64,000 bases of DNA, taken from the NCBI GenBank assembly GCA_958009085.1, contig OY253676.1:186001-250000 (forward strand), written 5' to 3'. Of the stretch, positions 1-12,845 are shown piece after piece (the stretch's first letter is position 1; each line of letters starts with the position of its first letter). The translations under genes and the position numbers were made by a program. The notes beneath the pieces were generated by a model, which was not told the DNA's origin, did not search any database, and saw only the letters and a list, made by a program, of their open reading frames with translations. This DNA comes from Protoeuglena noctilucae. Lineage: Eukaryota.

Positions 1-13
1 CATTCAAAGTCAC

Positions 14-782
14 CTGCCCTGCGGCGAGGCCTTGCCGTCGGGCTTGACGACCACCTCGCTCTGATCGACGCCCATCGCGTCCCAGAACGCCAGGAACTTG
101 TCACTCCTCTGCGGGCGTCAGAGAAGTCAACGCGTGTCAACTGGGGCTGTTGGGCAGGCCGAGCAGAGCTGCCACAGGGGGTGTTGGGCAGGGCTGCTGG
201 CCGCAGCGACCGGACGGCCAATGCGGATGTTGCGGATATTGTGTCACTGCGACTGCTGCTGATGCCTTGAAAGACAAACTACCGCTGTGACCCACCCACC
301 CCTGCCACCGCTCGCCTGCAGGGTGGTGAGGACTTGGCGCAGGTACAGCAGGGCGGGGACGCTGCCGGGCGACTCCTTGGGCGCCTCGGAGAGTCCCCAG
401 GAGACCAGCGATAGAAGCTCACGGAGCAGCGTCACGGAGGGGAAGTGGGCGTGGACCGACCGACGCAGGAGCGCAACGCAGCGGTCCACCACGGCCCAGT
501 TGCGCGGCTCGTCGCGGGCGCGCCTGCAACAACCCGGAACGGATTGCGATGCGAGCGGTTTCCGTGACTTTCCGGCGGCATTGAAGCGTTCGATTCGCAC
601 GAAGGGCCAGCGGACCTGATGATCGTTTCGTACGTGGCATCCGTGGTCCTCAGATCGGAGAGGAAGTCGAGAAGGTCCTTCGCCCGCCCTGGCTGCAGCG
701 ATAAGGGCTCGGGGCTGAACGGCTCCGTGGCCTCGGCGACCGCATGCCGAAGGCGCGGGGGCGGCGTGCCGCGGACCGGCAT
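14..782 (-). CDS. Hypothetical multi-exon protein; 3' part continues beyond the window start
   Basis: Coding-like segments (KDLLDFLSDLRTTDATYETII; NWAVVDRCVALLRRSVHAHFPSVTLLRELLSLVSWGL; RSDKFLAFWDAMGVDQSEVVVKPDG) are bounded by plausible GT/GC donors and CAG acceptors. No family recognised and the start codon is uncertain. Confidence 0.4.
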
Positions 783-1120
783 GCGCGCGGTGAGCCGGGG
801 AAAGCCCTGCGCGGAAGAGCGATAGCCGACATCTCGAAGACGGGATCAAATGCTTCTGCCAAAGGCTGGCGTCGCGGAGCAGGGGAGCGCGTGGATGCGA
901 AGGGCGGGCACCAGGCGGCTACGCGCGATGCGACGCGGGGACGCACCAAGGAGGGCGCGACGATTTAGCAGTCCACCACGCACGGGTCTGGGGAATCGGC
1001 TCTAACAGGGCACAGATCGGGCTCGGGATCCTCGTGCGCAGGGTGCAACCGGCATCGACCCCCCCAGCCCCCAGAGCCGCATGTGTCGATTGTCAGGGCC
1101 GTCTCTCGAGTCCTGGCTAC

Positions 1121-2430
1121 ATGAACGAGCTAATGCCGAAACCACCGAGCGAGAGACTCGCCGCGCTGCCCGATGCGACACGCAGGGCTCGGTTGAGCTC
1201 CGCTGACCCGGCCAGACGCCCAAGTCGCCAACCCGATGCCCTTCTGGCCCAGGCGACGGAATGGAGTCCTGACGAAGGCCACGGGGGCTCTTTCCCCGCA
1301 GTCTTGCGCCAGGTTTCTGTGCCAGCGCGAATTTTGAGCTGAGAAATCCGTGATTGTCCGCTTCGCCGCGACGATTCCAATATCGAACCATAACCGCCAG
1401 GCGTCGCAATCATCGCAGCTGTCTGCATCGCCCGGGGTCGTCAAATCCACCGGACTGCCTTCGTCGACACGGTAGGTGAGGGCTTCGGCCCATCGGCATG
1501 GCTCCTTGTGACAAATCATGCGCGCGTGGTTGTGTTCGGGACCTCGCCGAGGGTGCGCGACCGTGGAACCACGTGCCTACCCTCTGCAGGTTGGTTGGGG
1601 CCGCCATGGCCGCGCAAGCGGGCGTCTTGGGACGCCTGGTGTGTCTCCTGACTCCTGCGGCCTGTACGGTTTCCTCCACCTCGCCTGAGTCCCTGGCACG
1701 GCTGGCGCCGGCGCTCCAGTCCCTCGCGCGGATCGGCGCACGGATGTACAACTCCCGGGCCGGGAACGACGCGAGCGAGAAGCCGTCGAGCGAGGTTCGT
1801 TTGCACGATGGGCTGGCCGGGGCTCGCAATCCTCGGCAGCCGCCCAGCCCGCGGCAGCCGCTGCATCCGTTCCGATGCCCGCAGGCCCCGGGCGTGAGCA
1901 CCGCGCGCCTGGCGCCGGGCCTGGTCTGGCCTCCGCAGCCCGCACCGCACTCGACTCTGGGCCCTGCGGTTGACTACGAGAAGCCGATTCGTAAGCCGAC
2001 TTATAAGCCCAAGTACGCGTCGGTGTGCACCCAGGACGACGTGTCCGAGTCGCCCGACGCCGTCGCCGAGGAGGTCCGGTGAGGAATAACGAATGGTCAA
2101 TGCCGATGACTGGTGTTGCGGGACTCGACGGGCAGGCGGGATGGCACCGCTGGCGCTCCCCGGGCCCGCAGCCGCCTGTTTGGCGCCAATTCGGGCCCCT
2201 CGGTCAACACGGTTCGCAAGGCGGACACGCGCGGCCGCAACCCGGGTGTTCCCATGGGCGCGCGGCACATGTGCATCGGCGAGCGGGTGGCTCTGGACGG
2301 GGCTGCGCGCGTGACCGTGCCGCGTGCCCCGGCAGTCGAGGCGCCTGCCGGTCCCTCTGGGCCCATCGGCGTCCTCGGGACCAACGTCGTGCTGCCGGAG
2401 GACTACGGCAAGGTCGCTCAGCACAAGTGA
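1121..2430 (+). CDS. Hypothetical multi-exon protein
   Basis: Coding-like stretches (VDYEKPIRKPTYKPKYASVCTQDDV; IGVLGTNVVLPEDYGKVAQHK*) with high GC3 and GT..AG boundaries. No recognisable domain and the exon structure is uncertain. Confidence 0.35.
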
Positions 2431-2830
2431 GACCGCAGCGCCCAGGGCTGGCGTGTACGGGCGTGGCCGTGCTGGTGTGGGTTAAAGCGTGGAGATGATA
2501 TGATTGATTGCAATGTTTCGCAGGACTGGAGGCACGCCCTCGTCTGCGCAGGCCCCCGGGGGCCCTTTCACCAGGTCAGCCACTGCTGCTGCTGAGGGGG
2601 CTGCCCATGACACAGCAGCAACAGGTAGTAATCTGACCCTTTGCACACGCCTCTCTCACTCGCAGCCCGTACATGTACGTCCCTCGCGATCAGTAAAGGT
2701 CTGTGGAAGGCAAGACTCCTGACAAGACGCCAGGTGTGCAGCTCCCAGAGCACCGGCATGGGCGAGGGAAGCCTTTGACGTTCCAGTAGCTGCCACGCTC
2801 TCGATTTCATGCCTGGTGGCCTTAGCGGAG

Positions 2831-5052
2831 CTAGGCAGGGCCAGCCAGCGCGCTCGCCAGCCGCCGCATCGCCTCTGCGTCCCTCTCCCTCACCACGTTT
2901 GCGTATCTCGCCTCAAACGCCTCCTGCCACGCTGTGAAACGCGTATCGGCAGCACGGCAGGCGGCGGCGGCCAGGCTGTGTGGGTAGGAGAGGTGCTGCA
3001 TGAGCAGCGGCGCCACGCACGCTTTATACGACTGCCTTGCTCACCACCTTAGCAAAGCGGTGCTGAGCGCACCTCAGGATGTCCGTCGGCGTCACGACGG
3101 CGATCGGCCGACGTGTGACGTCCAGCACCCACACCTGGTGCCTCCGCGTGGCTGCCATTTCGCGAATCACCTCCCCCACTGTCGCCTCCGCCGTGCACGC
3201 CCCACCCGGCAGTTGCCTTGGGCCAGCGCCGCTCTCTGAACCCCCACCCATCCGCGCCTCCCTACCCTGCACAGGCCATGACACCGCAGCTGTGCCATGG
3301 GTGCCCTGATGGTCCCAGCAAGCATGCGAGGGTGGCCAAGCCCCTCACCTCGGTCGCTGCTGAGAAGAAAGCCCCAGAGGAGTGCCAGTGGGCCTCTGTG
3401 GCATCTGGGTCATCGTTCATAGTGCCTTGGAGGCAGGGATACCCAGCTATTGCCTTTTGAGTCGGGCGTGCCAGGAAGAGGCCGCAAGGCCACGCGAGGA
3501 CGGAGAGCTGGTCGGGGCGGATGTTGCGGAGGTCGCCGGAGCTGCGGGGGCGAGAGCGGGTGCTCTTGAATAGCGATCACATTGTGCATGGAATCAGGAC
3601 CCGGCCAATGACAGATGAGGAATGTTCATGGTGGACAAGCGAGGGACGTCGATGAGTTGAGTCCCGTCTCCTGGTACACCCCTCACACCTGATGCACCCC
3701 ACATAGGTGCCCTCATCGTCGACCACGGCGGCAGACGAGTGCCCGCAGTCTTGCACCAACTTGAGCGCCATCGCCATAGGCTGGGACGCCAGCACCGTCA
3801 CCAGCGGCCTCAGCGCGCTGAGCAGGGGAGTGTCCCTGCGAACGACACGCACACAGCAGACGTACAGGCACGACACCTGCACTTGTCCATTGCTTCCAGC
3901 ACCTCTTGAGCAGCTTCCGCATGAGTCATTCGTACCCTCGCACGCACCGCAACATCGTCCCAGCCCATCCGTCCAGCTCGCCCATGTGCTTATGCAAATG
4001 GCGGATGACGTCCATTTGAGAGACGATGTGCGTGATCTCGCCCCACTCATTAAACACCGCAGCCCGGTGCACCACCCTGCGAGACGAACGACCGTGCAGC
4101 TGATCACGAGCGGTCACAAGACATGACACCGTGACTCTTATTGGCGACTCTTTGCCGCAGTCCCCCGGCATAGTCGAAACCTGCCGCCTCAGGCCCCGCC
4201 CTCGCCTCGGCGTGGCCTCTGGCGGCGCCTGTGATCCAGATGGGGGCGGCTGCCTGGCCAGGAACACCTCCTGGATGACCCGCAGAACCGAGGTGGCGAG
4301 GTCCGATGTCGATAGGAGCGACCGGTCTTGGCCTCCGCCCAACGTGACGAGCGTGCGAGACAGGTAGGCCGGCCCAAGTCGCTCCAAGTCACGGGCGAGC
4401 GCCTCGGGCGTCGTGGACATGCCCGCGGGGCCGGCGCAGTCCGACAGGTATCGAAGCAGGCCCGCTGCCACGTCGTGCACGTCGACCCACCCCAGCCAGC
4501 TGGCCAGCCTCGTGGCAAAGGGCTCTGCGTCCATGCCCATTCCCTCGCTGCTGTCCTCCAAGTCGGGACTGCGCTCGCAACAGCGAAAGGCTGCTTGGCC
4601 AATCAAGGACACGCGTACAGCACGCACAGCACGGCACGGCACGCGCTGCAGCCCCGCGCTGTCACGTGATGACCAGGGGGGCGGACAGAACACCGCGGTC
4701 GGCGAGCTCCGTCAAAGCCTCGCCGATGGTCATGTTGTGCTGAAGGAGCACGGGGGCCCGGTCATCGAGCAGGGCGTCGCCGAGGGTGGCCCGGGAAAGC
4801 AGGTCTACGCGACAAGATTGCGACAGAGGGAGCTCTCCCAGATAAGTTTATGCAATACGTTTCTTGTTGCATCGCCAGGCAGGCGCGGAGCGTCTCACGC
4901 AGTAGACGGCCCTCCCCGGCGGCAGCGTCCAACTCCCACGCATCCAGCGGCCCGGCTGCGACCCTCTTTCTCTTCCCGGGGCTTCCCGGTGACTCCATGA
5001 CACCCGAGCTGGGCCCTTCCGGGGCAGCTTGGGCCGCGAGCGGCCCACCCAT
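2831..5052 (-). CDS. CBS-domain protein (AMPK-gamma/SNF4/KING-like), multi-exon
   Basis: CBS-like segments: MTIGEALTELADRGVLSAP, WLGWVDVHDV, VVHRAAVFNEWGEITHIVSQMDVIRHL, MAMALKLVQDCGHSSAAVVDDEGTYVG, ATVGEVIREMAATRRHQVWVLDVTRRPIAVVTPTDILR. Both ends are approximate. Confidence 0.75.
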
Positions 5053-5325
5053 GTCGTAACTACCAACTCGACCCTGTGCACGGAAGCCGTACCGCGCCCG
5101 CTTGCTGCCTTGCACCGCAGCTTCCTTTGCATCTCCCAACAAAAATTCCGAAATGGCCGCGTGCCACCAGGATTATGCAGTGGTGACATGCGTGCTGCTG
5201 GCACCTGCGCTGCCCCACAGTGCCCATTCAGCAAAATGCCGCCAAATCACGACACCGGCAGTGGCGCTCACCGCCCTACGCACCCAGCTACTGAGCAAAT
5301 CGGCAACCATCATCACGGCTCGGCC

Positions 5326-8300
5326 CTATCCGCCCACACCCCCTCCCCGCATCCTCTCCATGCCCCACAGCACTTGCAAAATGGTGTCCACAGCGTCGTC
5401 GCGATCCTCGACGGGCGTAAAGTACGGCGGGGGCCCCGCCAGGTACTCCCTGAGGTCCTTGTCGTCCACGAACCCCCGCAGATCTGCAATGGCCGACGCA
5501 AGACCGCGAGGTTCGCCACCCTGCTTACGTGCGCATGGTGGGCCAACCACGGACAAGTAGTGACACCCTTCCCCGCGCTCTCTCACCAGGCACGCTGCTT
5601 TCCACCCGCTCCGCGATCGCGGCCCTCCTCGCGGCCCCTCGCTCCCACTCCTTTGCGGTGGCCCTGGCTGCGTTGTCCCTCAGCACTGCGCCGGCCGCCT
5701 GCTGGGTCGCGCGGGTGCCCGTGTAGACGAACCGCGTCCACACCTGCGCCAGGTTGTGCTGCATGGCCTTGATCTCGCGCGGGGAGAAGGAGGAGAGGAC
5801 CTCGGGGAGCGTCTCCAGCTCCGACTCGCGGATGCGGACCGCGAACTGCGATGGGGAGGGAGAGGAGAGACAGGGGTGGTGGCAGACGGTGGTGGTCAGA
5901 GGAGCGATGGTCAGAGGAGCAACAGGTGGTGTCATTGGGTGTGCTAACGAGCCCTTGCATACGTCTCAGCCCTTCTGATGTTGAGAATCCACCACGCACC
6001 TTGCTCAGATCGATGGCCCCCTCGAGCTTCTCCAGCGTCCGGTCCATGACGATGACGGGGAGGCACCCGTTGGCGATGGCGTCCTCCAGGCGCCCTCCCC
6101 AGCCGTCCCCGGGGACCTCGAGGCAGAAGACGCTCTGCTGCATCTCACGGCTGTAGTCACCCGAATGGCCGCTGGGAGCACGCGAGGGGGGGCGAGAGGG
6201 GTGGGTGTCGCCAGCATAGATGGTATCTTTGCATGCAGAGGGCTGACGCGAGATGGCACAGTAACTCATAGCAAGCCGAGGGTGAGGTTGTCCGCTCTCT
6301 ACCCCTGCCGCCGCTAGTCACCTGGACATGCTGATGCCCCTCTCTCTACCCCTGCCGCCAATAGTCACCTGGACATGCTGATGCCCCTCTCGTCCCATGC
6401 CTCGTCGTCGTACAGTTGGAATAGTCTCTGCCGAATGCCCCGTGAGTAGAAGGGGGCCAGGAACTCCTCCCTCCCGCGGCCGCTGCGTGCGCAAAGGTGG
6501 GGGGGGGGGGCAGCCGTCGCATGCGATGGCATGTTAGACCCGTCCTCGTTTACCTAAGACACAGCCGTCATAGACCTTGAGTAGAACTACTTCTAAAGCT
6601 GAAAGCAGTCGTCACACACAGTGCAGCGTCGCCCTGTGCATGTCGCACGTCGCCCTGTGCATGTCGCACGTCGCATGTGACTCCGTTCAGCTCTCACCTG
6701 AAGAACAGCAGGTGCTTCTTGGACAGCGGCAGCGCCCCGAGCATCGGGGAGGAGGCGAAGACGCGCGAGGGGCGGAACACGGGGAGGGCGACATCCTTAG
6801 TTGGGTCGAAGCAAGGGTGTCGGCCGATCTCTGGCAACAGGCCCTCTGGCGCCAGGACCGGGTGCCGGTACAGCACGTTGGTGTAGTTGTCGTGCCAGTA
6901 GCCCGTCATGGACGCGTGCTCGTGGTCCATGCGGCCCCAGTGCGACAGCATGTGGGCGGGCTGCAAGGCAAGCGCATGGCGAGACAATGAGGTGGTGACC
7001 GTGACAGGATGGCCAGCAAGGGGCTCTCCTTCGTGAGACCATGCAAAACGCTCGTCAGTCATGGTTGTTTGTCAAAGGCAGAGAGCGGGCGCCGTGCGAC
7101 AGCGGCCCTTGCGCCACCGCCTCACCCAGATGTCTGGCGGGGCGTAGCACGCGCCCTCGTCGTGTGGCATGAGGAACACGTGGTCTCTGCCTCCGTTCTT
7201 AGCCCAGAAGGGGAACGTCTCGTTCACGAAGCGCTGCATGCCCACCAGCATGCGCGTGGCGGCACCTGCGGGTGCCAGACAGTCGAGAATCCACCGGTCG
7301 ACACGCGACAAAGACTAAGACGAAAGCGAGAGCAGCCCGTTTCGGTGCATGTTGTGTAGCACCAATTCCGCAATGTTCTGTCGCCATGGCCACCCCACAC
7401 GCACCCGTGCGCGTGCCCACGTGCCCGGCCTGCCCCCCCGCCTTGCCCGGCCAGTGGGGCCAGTCGGCGGCGCCAAACACGGGGTGAATATAACATGCGA
7501 TGTACCCAGGAACGTAGAACAAGTCAGCCTCGTTCGGGTTGTACGTTCGGTGCCGCGATTGGAGCATTGCCTCGTGCAGTGCCGTCTCCACACCGTACGT
7601 CTCAGCAGTGAAGTCCACGTGGTCACCCGGGGTGAAGCGCCGGTACACGCACTGGCCGCCCTCCAGACGCCACTGCGAGGGCGGCACCCTTGCAGCTCGG
7701 GAGTCTGTCTAGCACCACACCATCACAGGCACACTCCGTACGGTCACAGGCGCAGGCAATGATTGTCGCTCCATGCCCCCGTCGCCTTGACAGAGGGTCC
7801 CGGATCTCGCCTGGAGCATGTTTTGGTCAAAGATGGCGTCCATGTCGTAGACGTACACGAGCGGCCTGGCCCCGCCGTCCCTGGCGCTCCGTCGTTGGTA
7901 GACCTCCAGGGGCAAGGCGATCGTGTCGGCAACCGATGGCGGGAACGACTTGGACCGTGCCGCGGCGTGGGAGGCGGTGGGCGCCAGGCGCGAGAGGTGG
8001 GGAGCGGGGATGGGCACTGCGGGGGTCACTCAGCGAAACGTGCTGAGAGCAGGGGCCATCAAAGGGGCCAGCAAACAGCACGACGAGCGTCGCCGGGAAG
8101 CCTGCTTTCCGCAGACAACGCCTTTGCATAGCGTGGCTATCAACGTAAGCGGCCCTCACCGGAACAGTCTGGCCCAGTCCAGCCAGCGTCGCACCGGCAG
8201 TACCCCAAATAGCACTCCCCGTGCCCCCCGCACTGGTTGACGCACGTGTGCGTCACGGGCGTCTCGCACAGGAGGCCGAACGACCCGTCCAGGAGGCACC

Positions 8301-10124
8301 CGCAGTGGAAGATGAGCTTGACGTCCCCAGAATGGACCCGGGATGGGTCGGCGTTGCACCACCCGACGTGCGTGCCATTGTCGTGCTGCAGGACCCAGTC
8401 CGCAGGGACCTTGCCGTAGGAACCCGGGTGGTGCTCGCCCGTCACCGGGTGCGTGTTCATCTGGCACAGGTGGCTGATGGCTCGGTCCGGGTACGCGCTG
8501 CGGGGAGGGCGATGCTGGGACTAACCGTCAGCGCACCACAACCCAGGTGTGGTGAGAACGAGGCATAACCGCACCCAGACCAGTGCGGTCAGCGGGCCGC
8601 AGAGCGATTGTTCGCGGCTGTGGTGGTCCATTGCGCACCCCGCACCTGTCCTCTGGACACATGCACGTGCCGATGCCCTCGTCACACCGCGCCTCACAGC
8701 GGCTGAACGTCCACCCGTTGCTTTCGAAGTAAGCTCGGCCTTCCATTGACGGACCCTGCTTGGGCGCGTGCCCCGTCTCGTCGTACCAGTCTGTGCAGTA
8801 CCTCGGCATGGGCACCTCGCACCCCGCGCCAGTCCACCCCGCCGGGCACCTGCGCGACGATCAGGGTCATAAGAACACAAGGATCAGACATGCAAAGTTC
8901 CATGAGACCCACTTGAAACATCCAGGCGCTGTGTGAACACCCATCACGCATGCCCACACACCTGCACGTCCCAGCAACGTGGTCGCATCGGCCGCGGCCC
9001 TGGCAGTCGTCAGGGCAGGCCCGCGCCGTGCCCCAGTCGGGCTCCACCTGCGCCGCCGTCACTGCGCCGGCCGGCTGGCTGTAGTACTCGTAGCACCAGT
9101 CCCTGCAAGATGAGAGGGCAGTGCTGTTGCTTTGAAGTGCATGGCTTAGGGTAGGCATTGTGGCTTTAAAGGGTGCTCGTCAAATGTAACTCCGTACACA
9201 CCTGCACGAACCGCTTGCAATGTTCACCAACCCGCCAGACTCACCCGAGCGTGCCTCGGCACCTCGCCATCGCCTCGGCAGCGTACGCGCTGCCCTTGTC
9301 GGACTTCTGCAGATCCAATCGGCCCGGCTCAGGCAGCCGCACGTAGAGCTCCGCGATGCCACCCGCCACGCTCCATTCGACGCGCAAGTCTCCCCGCCGA
9401 CCCGATGTGCCAGAGCGAGGTTGGAACGGGTACCAATCTGAGGAGGGCAGCATGCACAAACACTGCTCGAGCAGCCGGAGCCAGCAGATGTCTGTCTGAG
9501 ACACGAAGAGCACCGATGTGATCTTACAGTGACTTACTTGAGTTTAACTGCTCTGGCCAGACAATGTGGCCCCCCGTGGTCGTGAGGTCCCTCTGAGAGC
9601 GGCCGCCGACAGTCGGCCGGGGTGACGCCTGCGAAAGCAGATAGACGACGATTGGGTTGGGCTGAAGGAGGCATGGGAAACGCTGCGGGCGCTTGCAATT
9701 CAGCAATCCAGCTACCCACCGCTGCGGTCGAGTCTGTGATGACCGTTGCTGAGGGCCGCGGGCTGCCGGAGATGTCGACTGCGGCACCGCTTCCGGAAGC
9801 GCGCGGTGTCGGGAACTGGAAGTCGGGTTCCTCGGGCAGGGGTCCCAGCGAAACGGCGAGGACGCTCGCACCCGACTCGGTGCGCTGAAAGGATACCCCC
9901 ACCATCCGCCACGCGCGCATCATGGCGCCCACGGACAGGCCAGCGACGAAGACCATAAGCGACGGCATCCATCCTCGCAGCGGGTGCGCCCTACGCGGCG
10001 GCGCGACCGCCCGCACGGTGCCCCTGCGTGCATCTCGGCTCTTTCGCTTGCTCGGGAGAATGTTGGAACGCGCAAACGCACCAGAAGCGCGCCGAGTTAC
10101 ACGCGAGGCGAGTGCGCACCTCAT
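5326..10124 (-). CDS. Exostosin-family (GT47) glycosyltransferase with N-terminal membrane anchor and EGF-like repeats, multi-exon
   Basis: Exostosin motifs RPLVYVYDM, LQSRHRTYNPNEADLFYVP, GGRDHVFLMPHDEGACYAP and SVFCLEVPGDGWGGRLEDAIANGCLPVIVMD. EGF-like CPDDCQGRGRCDHVAGTCRC and CVNQCGGHGECYLGYCRCDAGWTGPDCS. Hydrophobic LMVFVAGLSVGAMM near the N-terminus. Start codon uncertain. Confidence 0.9.
6295..6391. repeat. 47-bp tandem duplication spanning an exostosin exon end and 5' splice site
   Basis: ctctctacccctgccgcc..tagtcacctggacatgctgatgcccctct occurs twice at a 47-bp offset. Confidence 0.9.
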
Positions 10125-10411
10125 TCGCTCTCCCCTTCGCAGCCACGGTCCGCAGCCGCGTTTCGCATGGTCGATGCCCGCGATACTCACGAGCCCAGTG
10201 GCGAGAGGCAACAGCGACGAGTCCCTTTGCAGCTACAGGTCGTCGTCTGGACCCTGATTGCGGCGACGGCTGGCGAAGATCGAAGCGACCAGCGGTCGCC
10301 AGCGGCCTGTCAGTTTTGTCTGTGTCAAGTTGCTAAAAGAAGTCCTTGCCGCTGGCGGTTGGGTCCGTGGACCGCTTCACTAGCTGCAGGAGGTGCCGGA
10401 GTGCCTGTATC

Positions 10412-12564
10412 ATGCGGAGGGGCATGCTTCGCGCTGTGGACCGGGTGGCGGCAGGGTGGACACGTCAGGGGCGCCAGGTGAGCCCGATGGGGGGCCTGGT
10501 TGCCGTGAGAGAATGTGAGGTTGGTTTTACGCAGGCACACGCTGCGGGTTCGCGTCGAAACGCCTCTGTGCCCCGCCTGGGCAGGAATGGAGAGGACTGT
10601 GGGCTGGGCGTGACGTGGCGGCCGGGGAGCCTGCATGCGGGGAGCCGGGGACCTCTGGGCGGCACGAGCGACTGGGTTGGAGTTGGATCAGGGGTCTTGG
10701 CGCAGCGGGCGCCGCGGTTCTCGCTGGTAGCCTCCTGGCCCCGGCCTCAGCGGACGGCGTGAGCCTCATCTCCGCCGATGGGCAGCGCACGACGTTTTAC
10801 TTCTATGAGAAGCGGATGCGGGAGCGATCAACCAAGGAGAAAGGCGAGAGACGGCGCGGTTTTTGGACGTCTGCATGGGCAGGCGGTTGCGCGCCACCGT
10901 TGCGTCCCGGCGATAGCTCCGGCGGTTGCTACGTGGAGAGGGACACCTGGTTCGCGATCGCAGCGCATCTGTTTCTCGCCTCGTCTCCCCCGCAGTGTTC
11001 CAGTACTTTGCGTCCGTGCCTGGGGAGCCTGGGGAGCAGCCGCGAATGACGGCGCACGACGTTTTGCGGGCGTTTGTGCACGTCTTCGCGCCGGAAAATT
11101 CAACGGCTAAGCGATCGGGGTCGTTGGCCGGCGAGCCGCGACAGGCGAGGTCTTGCATGGGGCTGCGGGACGTGCCATGTTTCAGCCAGGGAGCTCAACA
11201 GCTGCCGACGCCTTCCGCTGCAGGTAGACAAGGAGGCGGAGGAAATCTTCAAAAAGCGCATTCCCAAGGCCTTCTTCCAGCTCCTGGGGAAGGAACCGGG
11301 CACGGAGGACGTCACGTTCCAGGAGTTCCTCGTGCTGTACAGGTACGTGACGTGATGAGGTCGAGGCTGGGGTAACAGCAGTACACATGCAATACGCGGT
11401 GTGCTGCCGAGCGTGGGCGAGGGGTCTGACTGTGTTGGATGTCATCCTGAAGCGACCAGACCGCCACGTCATGCGTATCTGACCTCTCCGCGCAGTTTGT
11501 GGTCGATCGACCCCGACTCGGTGGGCGCCGTGTTCGAGATCATGGACGAGGACGACTCGGGGTTCCTGGAGGCCGACGAGCTCGAAGCGACCGTGAAGAG
11601 CCTGACGGAGAACATCCCAGGGGCCGCCGTGGCGAGGCCCAGGACGGGGCTGACCGTGGCGCAGGGTGACGACGGGGGCGAGGGCTACGAGGGAATCAAG
11701 GCGCACCTGTTTGGGAAGGACCACCAGAAGTCCATCACAGGTGCATGGGGACGCGATGCGCATGCTCTGCCGCCACATGGCTCCCAAGCGGTCCGCAGTC
11801 CGCGCACTTGCAAGGTCTCGGCCTCGCGCCGCAGTCGCAGAATTCAAGGCCTTTCTGCGTGGGATCAACGATCTGCTGATGGAGCTCGAGTTCAACCACT
11901 ACGACTGCCGGGGCACGGGGGCCATTTCGGCACGGGACCTGGCGCTCTCCATCGCCAGCAACGCCGACATGGCCACCGTGCAGCACGTGCTCTCCAGAAT
12001 CGGTTCGATGCCTCCCGAGGTCAGCGGCAGCCCTGCTCATGATCAGCAAGCGGCCAGTGACGTGCACGCCACCCGAGCCAACCTCCATCACAGCAACCCC
12101 CTCCCCGCTCGCGCAGCTGAGCTCCGCCAAGGTCACGCTCGAAGACTTCCTGGCCGTGGGTAACGTGTGCCGGCACTACCACCCGATCGTTTCGGTGATG
12201 AAGTTCTTCTCGTCCCTGCGGTGCGTGGGCCTTGCTGCGATCGCCAAACGGCCGCGACGTGGATTGCGGCCTGGCAGCAGTCGAACGACCGCGGCTTCTC
12301 GCATGCAGGCACCTGGAGGGCGGCTTTAACCTGCAGCGCTTCGAGCGCGCCGTCACGAAACTGACGGGCATCAAGCTGCGCAAGCCCATTATGGAAATCT
12401 TCTTCTGGACGCTTGACTTAGACGACTCGGGCGCCCTGCACTGGTTAGAGGTGGAGAAGATCATGCACAGCCGCAGCACGGGGGCGTACGGCGACGTGTC
12501 CAACGACCGCGCCTCCCTCATGGAATGCATGCGCAACTGCGTCAAGAACGTGCGCGCCGCGTAG
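10412..12564 (+). CDS. MICU1: Mitochondrial calcium uptake protein (MICU1-like EF-hand regulator of MCU), multi-exon
   Basis: Spliced FYFYEKRMRERSTKEK|VFQYFAS matches the MICU family motif YEKRLR...EKVFEYFAS. EF-hand loops DEDDSGFLEADE, DCRGTGAISARD and DLDDSGALHWLE. Arg-rich targeting-like N-terminus. Confidence 0.85.
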
Positions 12565-12845
12565 GCGTCGAATTGAACTGCGATCCGTGCTTTGCAAACA
12601 GCTTTCAAAGACGCCTGCAAAAGCATTCAAAACCGAGTTGGCTTGGCATCTGGCCTGCGCGCTGGCAGGGCTTTCCCTAGCTCCCTATCCTCTGCCGGGC
12701 CGCCGCCCGCTGGCGCACCTGCCATTTCACCACCGAACGAAGGCGCAATCGCAAGGCGCCTAGGCCACCCGATCGCCTGACCGAGCACACCGGCACCCTC
12801 TCGGTCACCAGCGCCCGGATTGGTTCCCTCCCGGCCGTCGTCACC

